A stretch of DNA of 64,000 bases from the NCBI GenBank assembly GCA_002633005.1, contig NMRA01000226.1, positions 413,142-477,141 on the forward strand. The letters run 5' to 3'. The stretch is from Phoronis australis (taxonomy: Eukaryota > Animalia > Phoronida). The position numbers and the translations under genes were made by a program. Numbering within the stretch: position 1 is the first letter of the stretch; every line of letters starts with the position of its first letter. Positions 37,223-51,200 of this stretch are shown piece after piece. The notes beneath the pieces are model-generated. The model had not been told where the DNA came from, ran no database searches, and saw only the letters and a program-made list of their open reading frames with translations.

Positions 37223-40200
37223 GTAATCAAGCGATTACGAAATCTGGCCCCGAGTATAATTTTTATTCTCCAAATAGAACTCGAAACGATCTTTGGCATT
37301 TTACTTTCTACTTTTGTGCATACCCAGGCATCATAACTCTCTGCTCGAGTTCATTGAGGTTTACGTGGAGGTTCCTGTAAACCTTTTGTGTACGCACTGA
37401 GATTATGTAACCGCAAGGGATTTGAAAAATATATAGTTTGATGAGTCTGACTATAAACACTTTAAAGTTTTTTAAAAAATGTCATAACGAAGGCATCCTA
37501 CTACATTAACAGAAGTAAAATTCTTTAAAAATATTTCTGCCACCCAGTAAAAGCCAACATAAGAAATATCCTTTGGTTTTTATTTGCTCTAATAAGTTGA
37601 TTTGGTTGCCGTGAACCTCGATCGGCTTCCACGAAGCTTCTAGATCAGTGACGGGCGGTTCGTGAGGTTCGACCGTCTGTACGGAATTTGTTGGTGTCAT
37701 TGTGAGGCAAAATGCTTGGCATGTGTGAAAGGTAGACACTCCCCTTGGAAAGTTGAGATTCTTAAGAAAACATAACCACACGACTGCAAACATCGGCACA
37801 TTACTTTTCTGTAAAAAATCACGCTTCTGGGAATGGAACTGTATATTTGAGTGAATGCTGAGTTTGACACATGATAGAACTCATCATCAGAAAAAATACG
37901 CGAGTGGACCATTCTTTTATCACGGCTGTTTATGAAGAGTGGTCTTACGCTACTCGCAAGTATTTTAACTGAAAAATAATTTAATCTCAATTGAGTGGAA
38001 CTGAGATAATTTCCATTACAAAAAACACATTTGATTTCAACACCAGACGAAAACATTAATTTTTTCTGAATCGAGGTTAGGCGTTCTCTGATTTTTGCTC
38101 GGCACCATGACTCGCAGGCCAAGTACTGTATTCTACTGAACTATTCGCTAACGGGTACAAGAGAATCGAAATCTAACATTCGTCAATTTTAGTTAATTTT
38201 TATCGTAACTTCGAGTTAAAATTATTCTAGTCTTAACTTTCTTACTAAGAATTTAATTTCAGAAGCCAAACAGTTCAAAAATCACCAGATTTAATCCACG
38301 ATGTATCATTATTAATTTTTATTTTAGCCCGTGTTTTATTGCTGCGAAGCAATCGTTAATGGGGTAAAAGCTCTAGTCCTCAGATCAGATTCCCTGATAA
38401 ACAGGCCTCTTGACGACAGCGAAAATTCACCAGTTTTAATCCACGATGTATCATTATAGAAATCTATTAGTATAAGGTCCCGTGAAACGGGCAGTCTCTA
38501 CTGCATACATTATTTCCAGATCGTGATTTCTTCATAATTTCCAGGCTGAACTTCTGCAGTTACGAAGTGGAAGCGTAATAGTTTTTTTTTCTGAAACACT
38601 TCGATGGTGCGCAAATACATGAATGTTTCATTTCATTTAGTAACAGCATACATAGTACACCTGTTGTTCGTAAGATCAAGATATTATTTTATCTCAGCAT
38701 TTCTGTTTTGATAGTTAAGATTCCTTGAAAGACATAATCGGTTTTGGGCCGAAAAACGCATCTTTGGGATTATCGTTGGAAGGGGTAGATAGACTTCTTT
38801 TAGTAAAGTTCTAAGCATTGAGCGGAGCTATAAAACAACAAAATCCATTTGTTTTTGTGATCTTACTACAAATCGTCAATTCTCGCCCGCCCGTGAGATG
38901 CCATTCATCTCTGAAATACAGGCTTTGCATTTCCGTCAGCTGCATTTCACCTGTGTGTAGGTATCAGTTGGAGCGATCTGTGATTTAAAGTCATAACCAC
39001 GTTCATCGGATCCTGTTCTTACCGAATGAGCTGACAACTCAAGTCACAGTCGCATATATGCGCCATTTTCGAATCCCTAATTTTTGGGTTGGCCCATCGC
39101 AGTGTACTCTGACGCGTTTTCGATGATGGTTTTGACTGTTTCTGCTTGCAACGGAACTAGAATTCTGTCACCGTAAGGAATATTATGAAACCGATTTTAT
39201 CACAGTGTTCGAGATTTCCAAGTCGCTCTTTATTTATAGCCACCTGAACAGGGCGAAATGCAGTTTTAAATACTTTCAAAAAATACTCTTAAAATCCTCG
39301 GCTGCCTTGCTTACCGAGCGACGATCGTGGTTGACCTCAGAGAACAAAGTGTTGGTCTGCGACAGCCGTGTATATATGTTCGAATCAGTCTTAGGGCTGA
39401 TCTAAAAAACCCTTTTCTCACCGGTGATAAACGGTAGCTGTTCGGACAAGTGTGATGAAAAAAATCTCCGACATCACCTTACGTTGATCAGCGGTTGTTC
39501 GCAATGAAATGCTGTTTCGTCAAATACACAGAAAATAATTCACAACGCAGTTTTCTACAAATATGCTTATAAACAATTTACCACAACTTATTTATCGTAA
39601 TATTCTACTGATACACTCCGCAATTTTTTTCCCAACACAAGATAAAATCAACAACGGGGATAAGTTGTCGAGTTTCACAAGACGACTTCTATTGGCGAAG
39701 TGGGTATACAAACATAATAGCCTGGTTAAATGCGTCACTGTACCAACAAAAATGATTCCCGCACATCTGGGTAGAGTTCAATAACACTAAGACCTCGCTA
39801 GAAATGCAAGATTTTACGATATTACGAGAGATATTGCCGTGTATTTCAAACGAGAACCTGGCGTGATTTTGGCTAGATTTGTCTAGCTGCGAGACAGTTA
39901 CTGAACTCTACCGTAGACATTCTACCCGTATCACAACTGACTTTGTAACACAGTAGAAAAAATACATCGCTACACGCACGTCATTCCAAATCAGCTGATG
40001 TCATCCGTTAGACATAAAACAGCAATAATCCAGCGTACAAGAAGTAAGAAGGCTGTACTGCCAAAGCGCCTGGCTAACCCAATTTCATAGTCGTGCTTAG
40101 CGACCGCGCGGTTACTTCAAACATTGATCAACCGTTACCGATAAAAAACCCGCCATCATGCCATTAATGTTAACCTATTCCCACTCGCCGCATCAATTTA

Positions 40201-40503
40201 CGTACTTCCACAACATTTCCCCGGCGTTGCCCGTGTGAGGAATTTCATATCATGGAATTCTACTACAAATTGCTGGCCCTAAATGGCCGCGTAAATGGTA
40301 TTTAAAGCGCGACATCGGTGCTATCTCGTCACTCATTTTATGTGGGTAAAACTTAATCCGAATTTAGTTTATTTAACAGCTTTGGTAGAAGAAATCTGTT
40401 TCAGACCTTCAAGAGAGTTTTACTAAAAACGGTCACTAGTCGAACATCCCGTCTCTAGGGTAACAAGGCATTTCACTAGAATTAGCTTGGAAAGGACTCT
40501 GCA

Positions 40504-40916
40504 ATGGGAGCTCATTTATCTCATCACAGAAACGCGGGACCGAGGTGCGGGAATGTCGACGACGCCCTTACAGTTCCCAGGTACGAATCCGTATTTGCTA
40601 TAGTCCTTGATGACGCGACATTGACACTGACGACAAAATACTACATATCCCAGAACCCAGGCGCAAAAAAGCAATGGAGTTTAATTAATTTACCGTTAGC
40701 TTAGGTCGTGTGCTCTACTTTTCAATTAACTTATAAGGCATTGATAATGCACATTCTATTGAGATGCAACTGTGTTATAGCCATGTCATACAGACCCGGA
40801 GGTGAATATGTCATAACAGCTAGTCAAAAATCAATATGCCTAACTAACGGTGTTGGTTTGCTGGTAGCAATAACGCGTGGTTTCGGCAAGCACGCGTGCA
40901 GCATACAGAACATATG
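40504..40916 (+). CDS. Candidate upstream exons (40504-40580, 40794-40916) of the uncharacterised plus-strand gene
   Basis: ATG starting MGAHLS..., donor AG|GTACGA, then a phase-compatible 123-nt exon ending TG|GTAAGT. The link to the 43273 exon is not resolved. Confidence 0.3.
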
Positions 40917-41830
40917 GTAAGTCCGTGCTACCTTGGTAATGCGAATTCATTGGTTTTACAAAGCTGCCCATGTCTCGAAATCTCAGTTGCCCCCAATACC
41001 AATTGCATGATAGGCAACCTTTCGTATTTATAGTCATTTTAACGGTGTTGAGATCGAGGCGTCTTTCAGGATGAAGCGCTTTTTGCGTCGACAATGCTAC
41101 GGTATGCATATATTGTAGAGCAAACCTGCAAAGGGTCGTATTCATAGGGTGGGAGCAATTCCACTGCCGCGTCTCAAGTTGTAATGTTCCAGTAACGATC
41201 CCGTCAATCCTCGTTCCGGACCACCAAACACCAAACCCAGTGATCACAACTTCACACACGCCGCGCCGAAAATGCACCATAGACCTACTCAGTGACGAAA
41301 CTCGATCCATACCCAGGAATAAAGCGGGACCTCATTCCGCCGGTGAGGAATCTAGTCCTTGTCAGGTATCAAGTTTGGTCACATAGCATGATTTTTGATA
41401 AGTGTGTGAAGTTTGGCGCAGGTTTGTGGGATTGGTTTACGAGCTGGTCAGACTGCCTTTCCGGGGGCCGTACATGGAATTATGAGGAGCTGCCATGAGT
41501 TACTATACATGTACCCCTTGGCTTTATACGATTATGAGCGGACGGGCGGGGTTTAAAGAAGTAGTGCGTGCATAACTTGCCATCGTTCTGCTTATGTTAT
41601 ACAACCAGTAGTGTCGCAAAATGTCGTGTTATTCCGGAATCAATTTACGTTGCAAAGAATGACACGTTCTCCACTTCGTACCAGTACGCTTTATTGATCG
41701 TACAAAACCTGAAGGTACTAGTACTCGAGCACCCCGTATGCCGTCCACTCTGTTCTACTACAGAAACGTTAGTAGACGTAGACAAATAGGATCTCCCCGG
41801 CGTTTCATCATTTACCTGCAAATTCCAAAG

Positions 41831-41900
41831 CATGGGTGGCGCACCATAAGGAACTGGGGGAGCTATACCCCCCATTTTTTTCGGTGCTGCGCCGCCCATG
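41831..41900. mobile_element. 70-bp MITE remnant
   Basis: TIR CATGGGTGGCGCA / TGCGCCGCCCATG. Confidence 0.5.
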
Positions 41901-43272
41901 CGAGGGCGTACACGGTAATGCTAGTATGCCACAGGAAACGGCAGTTTTATAAAATTTATTCAAGGCATGCTATGCCTGAAGTATAATCGAACTGTGCTGC
42001 AACGAGCACTCTCCGCATTAAACGCAGTTCGATCAATAACCAAAAGAATGAACGAAGAAGTTGGTTTGGGACCCACTGTAAGTAAACGTGAAAAACTGAG
42101 GCTACGTTACGTAGACGCAAGATTCTTGCAAACAATGGCGATCAAATACTTCGCTTGTAATGCATTGTGATATGTGGTGAAAGACCTTGCGTTGATTTTC
42201 CGTTTTCGTGAATGTCTTGCATCAACGGAACGCAACCCATGTTCACGGTTCCGTCGGTACCGAGTACGGTACCAATATTTGAATACGTTCACAGCTAAAA
42301 GTATGTCCGAATAGAAAAATTCAATTGCTCAGTTATTTCCCAAGCAAGCAAGAAATCGTCAAGAAAGGTAGTTGGAGAGATTTAGGTGGAGACTCAAAGT
42401 CAAACTCTAATACATTGCGCAAACTCTATAAGGCCAGGTCTGCATCCCGTAGACTTGTCGAACGCTCAAGAACACTCAAGTTTTCGCGAGATATCACCAC
42501 GCATTACAAGCGAAGCACGCGAGCACAAAGCGTTTCTCACCAATGTCTTGTGTCTAAGGAACGCACCTCAACACGCTGCTGCAGAAACTCAAGACACTGG
42601 GCCACCGTAGCGTGCAGAGGTTAAGTTGGTGACATCTGATGATGCCCGGGGCGATTTTTCTTGGGATGACCCCTCTTTCAACTCAAATACATGGACCCAA
42701 GTACTGAGAAATGTAAAAAAAGGCACAACGTAAAATAGAAACTTTATTCAGTTTAGATTACAAATCAGTTACAATTTCAAAAGCTTTATGCATAGTGATT
42801 CAGTGTATGTCCCCCCGATGTGGATACCCCCTGATGTGGACAACCCCGATGTAGATACCCGGGGCCGTTACCACCTCGCCCCCCCCCCTTCTGCGCGCGA
42901 CTTTTTATCCTCACAAATTAAGCATACTTGGGTTATTTTTGCAGTAAAACTCGTGATAACGCCAGCTACACCCGTATTCACAAGAAAGGATCAACACGAT
43001 CGGAGCCTTCAGTATCTTAAGTATGAAAGTGGTGTTGGAAATCTGACGTGAACTGTGGTGTGCAATAAAGTTTTTTGTTTTGTTGTAGACGGAAAAAATA
43101 ATGTGAAAATGTGCAATTTAAAGTAACAAACCGACGAAAACTGTTACGAGACGAATTTCCGCTCGCAATCAATTACATAACAAACGACGGGGACTGATGA
43201 ACTTTTGCACGGTGTAATGTATGGCATGAAATTGCTGACGCGCAAAACTGACAGGTTTCTTTTTTTTTTCAG

Positions 43273-44608
43273 GTCGTTTAATGTCAACAACGCAGACTAC
43301 AAACCCGAGTTTGATGTAAAAATGAAGCTACGGGTTTCAATGAGCGGCAGTTCAGTTGACAATGCAAGGGAAATAGACCATGACGACAAATACGATGACC
43401 GAAATAACAACAACTCCAAAGTCGAGTTCAAACTTGGGGCAAGTCTTGAAGACACAGACGGAAGTGGCCGAAATACCCCAGTTATTTCACGACAAACTAC
43501 CCCAGTCATTTCACGACAAACTACCCCAGTCATTTCGCATAAAAATGAAACAGTTATTTCATGTCAAGATACCTCTGTAGTTTCACAACAAAACACACCA
43601 ATCATTTCGCATCCCAATACCCAGGACATATGGCGTCAAGTAATAGCGGAGAAAATCGCCACGGAAGATGAAGGGCGCTCCGAACTTAACGCGTTGGCAC
43701 GTGTGGACGAGATTGAAACTATCAGTAACATAAAAGCCACGAGTGCCGCTGGCTGTCAGATCAGTTCCCCGTCCCCAACACCAGATGAATTAACAAATTC
43801 CAATTGCGATGGAGATTATGAAGTTGGATTGCTGCAAGAAATCTTGAATGGCTATGATCACTGGGAGGAAGACACGAAACACGGTGCGGGAGAGGAGAAC
43901 GGAACAATAAAGACAACAACGGAGCTGCAGGGTAAGCATGAGGATGAAATGTGCGTCGACTCAATGGGCGGTGCTAGTGAAAATGATGAAGTTCCACAAC
44001 AGCGATGTGAACCCGACGGAGCCGATGACTCGATATCCATTAACGTTGAGACTAATATCACGACGGTGCTTGTAGCAGACGACACGAAACCACTGCCAAA
44101 TGAGGGCACAGACACAAGCGCGCACTCACCAGCGTGTCGGCACTTGCAGTCAAAGAAATGCCAATTGAGACAATCTAAAAAATGGAAGTCTGGCGATGAC
44201 GTACCAAATATTATTAATCATAAGAATACAAACGGAGAAGAGGACACGGAAATAGTTACGAAAGCTATTCGTAAGATCGGTTCCACCTTAAGCAATATCA
44301 GTTCATCGACTACCAGTTCAATGCCAAATGTACGCTCCATCAATGATATGGATGAATGGATGACGTGGCGCATGCGCATCAACCATCAGCTCGCTTCGAT
44401 CGTGTTGAAAACGAGTAAACCGGGACTGTCCTTAGCTACAAAATATCCAACCAAGATGAGTCACACTGTCATTAGGGGCGTTGTAGAAGGAATAGCACAA
44501 GAGGCGCCGCTATCAACACTGGATAGACCGAGCTATCTGGTGTACGGTATACCGCGAGCATCCGTCAGCGTAGCTATGGAACAATCTCGTAGCGACATCT
44601 CACGGTAG
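43273..44608 (+). CDS. Large terminal coding exon of an uncharacterised, acidic/disordered protein (~444 aa in this exon)
   Basis: Longest clean ORF in the window (43205..44608). Strong acceptor tttcttttttttttcAG at 43271-43272. Contains 8-aa TTPVISRQ repeats. No recognisable domain. Confidence 0.7.
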
Positions 44609-45121
44609 CAAGGCAATGGGCAGCTGAACCGTTGCTCAAATTCCAAAATGACTTACTGTGCTAAAATTATCGTAAGATTTCGTTTATTTCATGACATGCC
44701 TACACGATATTTGGCAGGCGTGAACCAGTACTGCTGATGACTGGCTGAATGTTCATAAATTATCAATGCTTCCAAATTTCGTTAAGAAGTTAATTTAATG
44801 CTCACTTATACTTGATTGTAAAAGCGTTCAAATTACCATACAGGGGCAATTCATATAAATGATAACAAAACACTGTAAATTATAAATTAATTTTCCACTT
44901 TATTATAAAAACATTTAAAATTAGATCTAAGACATTTCAAGGTCATAAAATAATTACTGACATTTGATAGTAAAATGCATGATTATTGTTATTACTCTAT
45001 ATCAGATGATAAACTGAAACAAAATCGTCCTCTAGCTAGAAATGGTGAAAAGCTGTCACATAGGACAATGTGTTTGTCCAATGCCCTAGTTACCATGGGA
45101 CACATACTGTAGACTGACTCA

Positions 45122-45225
45122 TCAGCTGGCCATGTTACCCACAAAGTTGGACATTGCAGCACCCAGCCTGTTAGCAGCGGAGAACACTTCATTGCTATCC
45201 ATAGGGCTAGTTGTTCTGGCGTGTG
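45122..45225 (-). CDS. Dystrophin-like terminal exon ([22 protein letters not shown])
   Basis: Acceptor ttgtttacAG; phase fits; resembles dystrophin LFHMADDLGRAMESLVSVM; AATAAA (minus) at 44899-44904. Confidence 0.85.
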
Positions 45226-48200
45226 CTGTAAACAAACCAGGCACATCACAGGACTTGTACTATTCCTGAACACAGCTGTAGGTAATGCAAACATAGACAC
45301 AGGACACCAAAAAGCAAAAAGGTTTTTCAGAGTTCAAAAACGGATTCACATCAGCTTGACAAGCACAGCAAGTAACCATGCAAGTAACAGTGCTTTTGTT
45401 TCCAAGATAAAAGACGACAAATTTTGTCAAAACTTGCCAAAAAGTTTTGAGAAACAAGGTGAAAAATAACAGCAAATCATTTGAAATTCAACCAAAAAGT
45501 TTAATCTATGAAAATGTTTTGATTACCTACTCAACACAATAAAACTCAAGTGCCTTCTTACATAGCAGTCATGCAACTAACGATTAAAACAAGGCTTTTA
45601 ACTAAGAAATTGTAAAACTAACAGAATTTGACTTGATATTCAAAACCTAATTTAACATTGATAAACAAAATGCTCACCTTTTGTCTATTTATAAAAAACA
45701 AGGTGCATAGTAAAACAAGCACAGCGAATGGTATATAAAAACAATAATTTCAGGCGGTCTGGTGCACGTTGTACCAGACGTGCGCAGGCCGCACATTTAG
45801 GCCCATTGCACTGATCACCTGGAACTATTTTTGTGCTTTATCAATATCAAGTTAAAACCGAGCTGAGGCCGCTAGAAACCTGACTCGAGGGTCTAGCAGT
45901 GTGGCCCAGTGGGACTCGAACCCACGACCCTGAGTGAAGAAGGCAAAGAATCATCACACTAGGTCACACTGTCTCATCAAGCAAATGGTATGTTTCTATG
46001 GGTGTTTATTAGTCTAATAAAACTAGCCAGTATGTTGTGCAGAACAACAAGAAAATGGGAAGGTGTCGCTGTCTTCCAAGTAACCTTTTCGCCAAATTTC
46101 TTGAAAATCCGTCAGGGGACTCCAAAGATACTGAAGCAAAATTTAATGTAAAATACTGAAATTGCCACTAGGGGGCACAGGTGTAGTCTGATCAGTTTGA
46201 AGCCACTGTCATCTGCCACCATTTCCAAGGAATTCTGGAGATACAGCTGCAGACACCCAACGCCCAGAAAACAATGACAACAATATGCACCTACATGGGT
46301 ATACGTGAGTGCATAAAAAAATGGCCACATGAGCGTCATACCTGACATACTAGCAGGATACGAGGCTTGGAGTCGCTGGAGCATCTCGTCAAGTTCTGCT
46401 TGCTCATCAGAAACCCGCGTGGACTGTTCACGCGAGGGCAGGCTGAAGTGGGACCAGTCGGATCGATTGTCCCACGGGTACTGGCTGAAGTTCAGATCTG
46501 GCTGGTTGGCTTCCGAGTTTGGCAACTTGCTAGGTAGACGTCTCTGATTGGTTGGAAGCACGGACTCTTCTAAATCAAACCGTATTGATGGTATATTGGC
46601 CACAGGTGGACGGGCCTCAGTCAAAGGTATGACGAGGGGAGAGTTGCTGTAGAAGGAAGAAAGGTCGTGCATTGGAGGTGGGGGTGGTGGGAGGCGAGAC
46701 TGGGAGGTGGACTGCAGTCGCATCGTGACCTGCGTAGGGGTTGTGACTTGGTGCTGGGCACGCACACGAGCTATCTCGGGTACGACTGGTCGCACTTGAG
46801 GGTGTGACGTAGGGTTAAATGGGGGGAGGGATGTAGTAGGGACTGGCTGCCTACTGAGATCATTGACCACACGGTGACTGCCAAGAGTTCCATCAACTTC
46901 ATCCTGAAATATAGGGAGTATCACTAGCACATACAACATAGGACAAAGTGGAAACCTACAGTTTCTTGCCAAGTTTATTTTAGTTAATTCCTCTTACAGA
47001 CAGAGAAAGAACTTCCCACTCATGTTATGTGTGCCTTGACTAATTCAAGTTTCCAGCAAGAAAAGCAAGTACAAACACGATTACTCAAAATCACGCAAGT
47101 GAAACACAAAATGGCAGCCACTGAAGCAATTGTTTGGTGAAGCTGGAATGCTGAATTATGGGATAGAATTCATGAAATATGGGATAGAATTCACCGTTTC
47201 CATTCGACAATCGAACTCAAGAATTCTCACCACAAGACCATGGCCAATGTCTTGAGTGAACACAGAAAGCAGCTCAGCTCTGACCAAGAACACACACCAG
47301 ACACTTGTCACTTCAACTACGCTTAAAGAGTTCAGCAGCCAAGGTAATGTGCAATTGAGCTATCACTAAGATTTTGAGTGACGGCTTAACTGACCTATCA
47401 CAATGCAGCATTCTTGACACACCTTCATTTCCAAGCCACCATTTTACACGACAAACAACACATTGTTGGGCAAAACTTTTTGTTACTTGGCGGAATTCTT
47501 CCGCCAAGTATGTTGCTCTGACAGCAAGTTTTTTTTTTTTTTTTGTTTGTTCGCTCTCTACAGGTCGCAATTCTGGTCCGATTTTCACGAAATTTGCACA
47601 CAACATGTAGATCGGGAATCACTGGATCGCTATTGTTTTTGGTCATGATCGGATACAAAATGGCGGACGTGGCGGCCATTTTGTATCCGATTTCACAGTC
47701 AAATGCTCGTAGAGGCCGCATTTTTCAACCTACATAGCTGAAAATCGGTACGAATATACTAGAACGCATGTGCTACAATTGTGCAGAAAATCGTTGACTT
47801 CCGGTTAAAGATGGCGGAAATATTGGACGTGGCGCATGCGCACCCCGAAATAGGGCTAAAAACGTTTTCTCCTGTAGAGGGCGCAATTGCAAACCAATCA
47901 CTTTCAAACTGGTCAAGTGTTTGTTGAGTTTAATAAGCTTTTATAAAAAATTATTGAACCGGAAGTCACTTTCAAGATGGCGGCTGTGGCGCATGTTCAC
48001 ACGATTTCAATCGCTCTGGTGTCNNNNNNNNNNNNNNNNNNNNNNNNNNNNNNNNNNNNNNNNNNNNNNNNNNNNNNNNNNNNNNNNNNNNNNNNNNNNN
48101 NNNNNNNNNNNNNNNNNNNNNNNNNNNNNNNNNNNNNNNNNNNNNNNNNNNNNNNNNNNNNNNNNNNNNNNNNNNNNNNNNNNNNNNNNNNNNNNNNNNN

Positions 48201-51200
48201 NNNNNNNNNNNNNNNNNNNNNNNNNNNNNNNNNNNNNNNNNNNNNNNNNNNNNNNNNNNNNNNNNNNNNNNNNNNNNNNNNNNNNNNNNNNNNNNNNNNN
48301 NNNNNNNNNNNNNNNNNNNNNNNNNNNNNNNNNNNNNNNNNNNNNNNNNNNNNNNNNNNNNNNNNNNNNNNNNNNNNNNNNNNNNNNNNNNNNNNNNNNN
48401 NNNNNNNNNNNNNNNNNNNNNNNNNNNNNNNNNNNNNNNNNNNNNNNNNNNGCTAGTCACATGAATGTTATCGTGTTTGACAAACTACCACTTTAGATAG
48501 AGTTTTGAACGGGCTTTCAGATGATAATTTCCATTTTGCGCTACGACGTCTACTTTTTGAATTATTCGAGATTTTCGGATACCGTTGTTCCTTCGGTCAC
48601 ACGCAGCTGGCTGGCTTTCAGTTCAGTTTGTTTTGATTATGCCTAGTTGACCCAGACTGACCCAGCCAGCACTGTTCTACTGTAGACTGGTTCTTTATTG
48701 TAGTTGATTGTCTGCTCTCTATTTGATTTCTTCGCTAGTCACATGAATATTATCGTGTTATCGTCTTATTCACAATTGCCGCCGTGATCGTCTTGATTGT
48801 CGTCGTCTCCCTCATCGTCGTCTTTTCGATTAGTTCCGCCAAGTGTCGCTCCTCCGAGCGCTCTCGTTTGTTTGTTGACTTTTCGCAAGGGGGCAGAGCT
48901 TGCGATAGGTCAACTGACCCAGGGACTAAGCCTACCTTATCTCTCCTTCCTGTCAGCCTTGCTCTCATCCTGTCCAGCTGCCTCTGTAGCTGTTGGTTGT
49001 GCTCCGTCAGTATTCCCCGCTCAACCTTAAGTCTCTCCTCACGGATCAGATCCCCGTCTGAGCCTGTGTCCGACTCGGACTGACTAGAGCCACTGGCCAG
49101 GTTGTTCTGAAGTCTTTCAATCTCGTGTAAAAGTTCACTGAAATAACACAGCCAACAAAAACGTATCATTATATTATATTAGAAGTTCCGGTAAGTAAAA
49201 TTTTCCTCATGGTATCAAGTGTGAAATCACTGATAACGTGAGATAACCAAAGATGGGCAAGCTTCGATGTTCTACAGAAGACAATCGTACGTGTGGTTTG
49301 ATATATGGATGACCGAGCACATCAAAAGTCAAATATTTCCGTTGTTGGTTTGTGGCATCTACAGAGTTTACTGCTCAAAAATCAAGACAAATGAATTATC
49401 ACATGTTCTCAGTCCTTATATCCGTCATAGATGCTCATGAGATTAAGCCTTGCCATGTATTAATAAAAAGTAGTCATATCAACAAAATCTATAGATCATT
49501 ACCGACTCTGTTACAGTGTATGCACCGGGTGGATACCTCTGCAGAGTCACATCATGTGACCTAAAAGTCACAAGTTCGAAAAGATTTCCACCACACTCTG
49601 GGTTTGAACGTGTAGCTTCTGCAAACTGTGCAGAAATTCTAGTGCACAGAGTCACTGGGACAGCTTGAACAGGGCAATCCTACTTGTGTTTTGAAGAACT
49701 TCACACTTTTGTAACAGGACACTGTTACTGCAGCCATGAATTAATTACACATTACCCGTAAACTAATATTACTATCTTTCACCAAGTACAAACCATACAC
49801 ATCTCCGCAGACTGACGAAAATGTTCACATCAGAGGTAGTTGCATGACAATACAAACAATCAACCCATTCTGAACTTTTGGCATCATCGTTTGATACAGA
49901 TGACAATGTTCCCTGTACATGACACACACCTGGCTAAATCTGCATTTCAAACTTTTTAGCCTAGCTAAAAATGGAAATTAATTTCAGTGGAAATCAAATT
50001 CAACCTTTACTCTCACAAAACTAGTCATAAAAATTCTCTTAACCACGACAGAACCTTTCTGTTACCAAGAAGAAGGCACAAACCCTCAACAGGTCAAGAA
50101 AAACGCATCAAAAAATCATCAATTGTATTGAGGTTAGCCAAAATGGCACACAGGGACTTCTATTCGATGACCACTTCCTGTGAGTACATCGCAGATCGGT
50201 TGTAGATTTTGGATCTTCATAAAAGAACTCTAAATATGTTTAGAGTGACAGCGAAACAAGGCAAAAGGCAGCTTTAATAAAGCTTGCCACCTTGTGTAGT
50301 CAAATTGTACGTCTAACAGGACAGAATTAGTTTGTTTTTGACTAGACACTAATCCTATCAATGAGTCAACATCTGAAACACCTCTTGACCCACATTTTGC
50401 ACTGGAAACCAACTGCCTAATTTTGTTTTCTCTCAATAGGTCATGCTACAGATACTCAAAAAGCTACATTGATTTTCAAAAGGTTGCATTTCAAATGTCA
50501 TTCAATCCTTGTGCGAAAAATTTTTGTGAACTTGATACATATATGCATAACCAATCTCATAACAGGCAGGGGTACACTTAGCACTGTTTTTAGTACATTT
50601 AGTGGGAAATTAGTTGAAATTTGGTTGTTATTTTCTTTTAACATATTTACAGTAATTTTTTGAAAAGGAAATTTAGAAGTGAAAACTAAATACTGACAAC
50701 AAATGTCCATTTAATACAGAAATCAACCATTAAAAATTGCCCCCACCTCAACATTGTGTTAGTTACCGCGATATCATACTTAGTACAATACAACAATATC
50801 ATAATTTACCTGTTTTCATTCTCTAAGTTTTTAATGATATCTTCTCGTTCCTTCAATTCATCAGAGTCCAACTGAACGTGTAAATTCTGTAAGTTCTCCT
50901 AGAAATATAAATGCAAAAGTCAGTGCCTAGTCAGTTGACGTGTAAGGAACAGTTCTAAACACGAACACGAGGCTGGTTTGAAAGAATTTAATTTGTGAAT
51001 AATTAACATTACTAGGACATGCAATTTTTTTAAATCTGGTTTCCAGGCCACCTGTTGGCCACGTCACGTGACCTTATGAACATCAGTCTGAAAAGATTTC
51101 TGCCCCAACCGACCAGACTTATATTCATTAGGTCATGTGATGTGGCCAACAGGTAGCATGCAGATCAGACTTAAGACTTTTGTGATCTATATTTCCACGC

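Noticed and set aside
45900-45975. tRNA gene
   Set aside because: B-box is present but the cloverleaf is incomplete; flanked by a TSD and a body/tail, so called as a SINE head.
46112-46341. Hydrophobic read-through extension of the Pro-rich exon as an alternative C-terminus
   Set aside because: A good donor at 46341 leads in phase to a homologous terminal exon; the extension has no family similarity.
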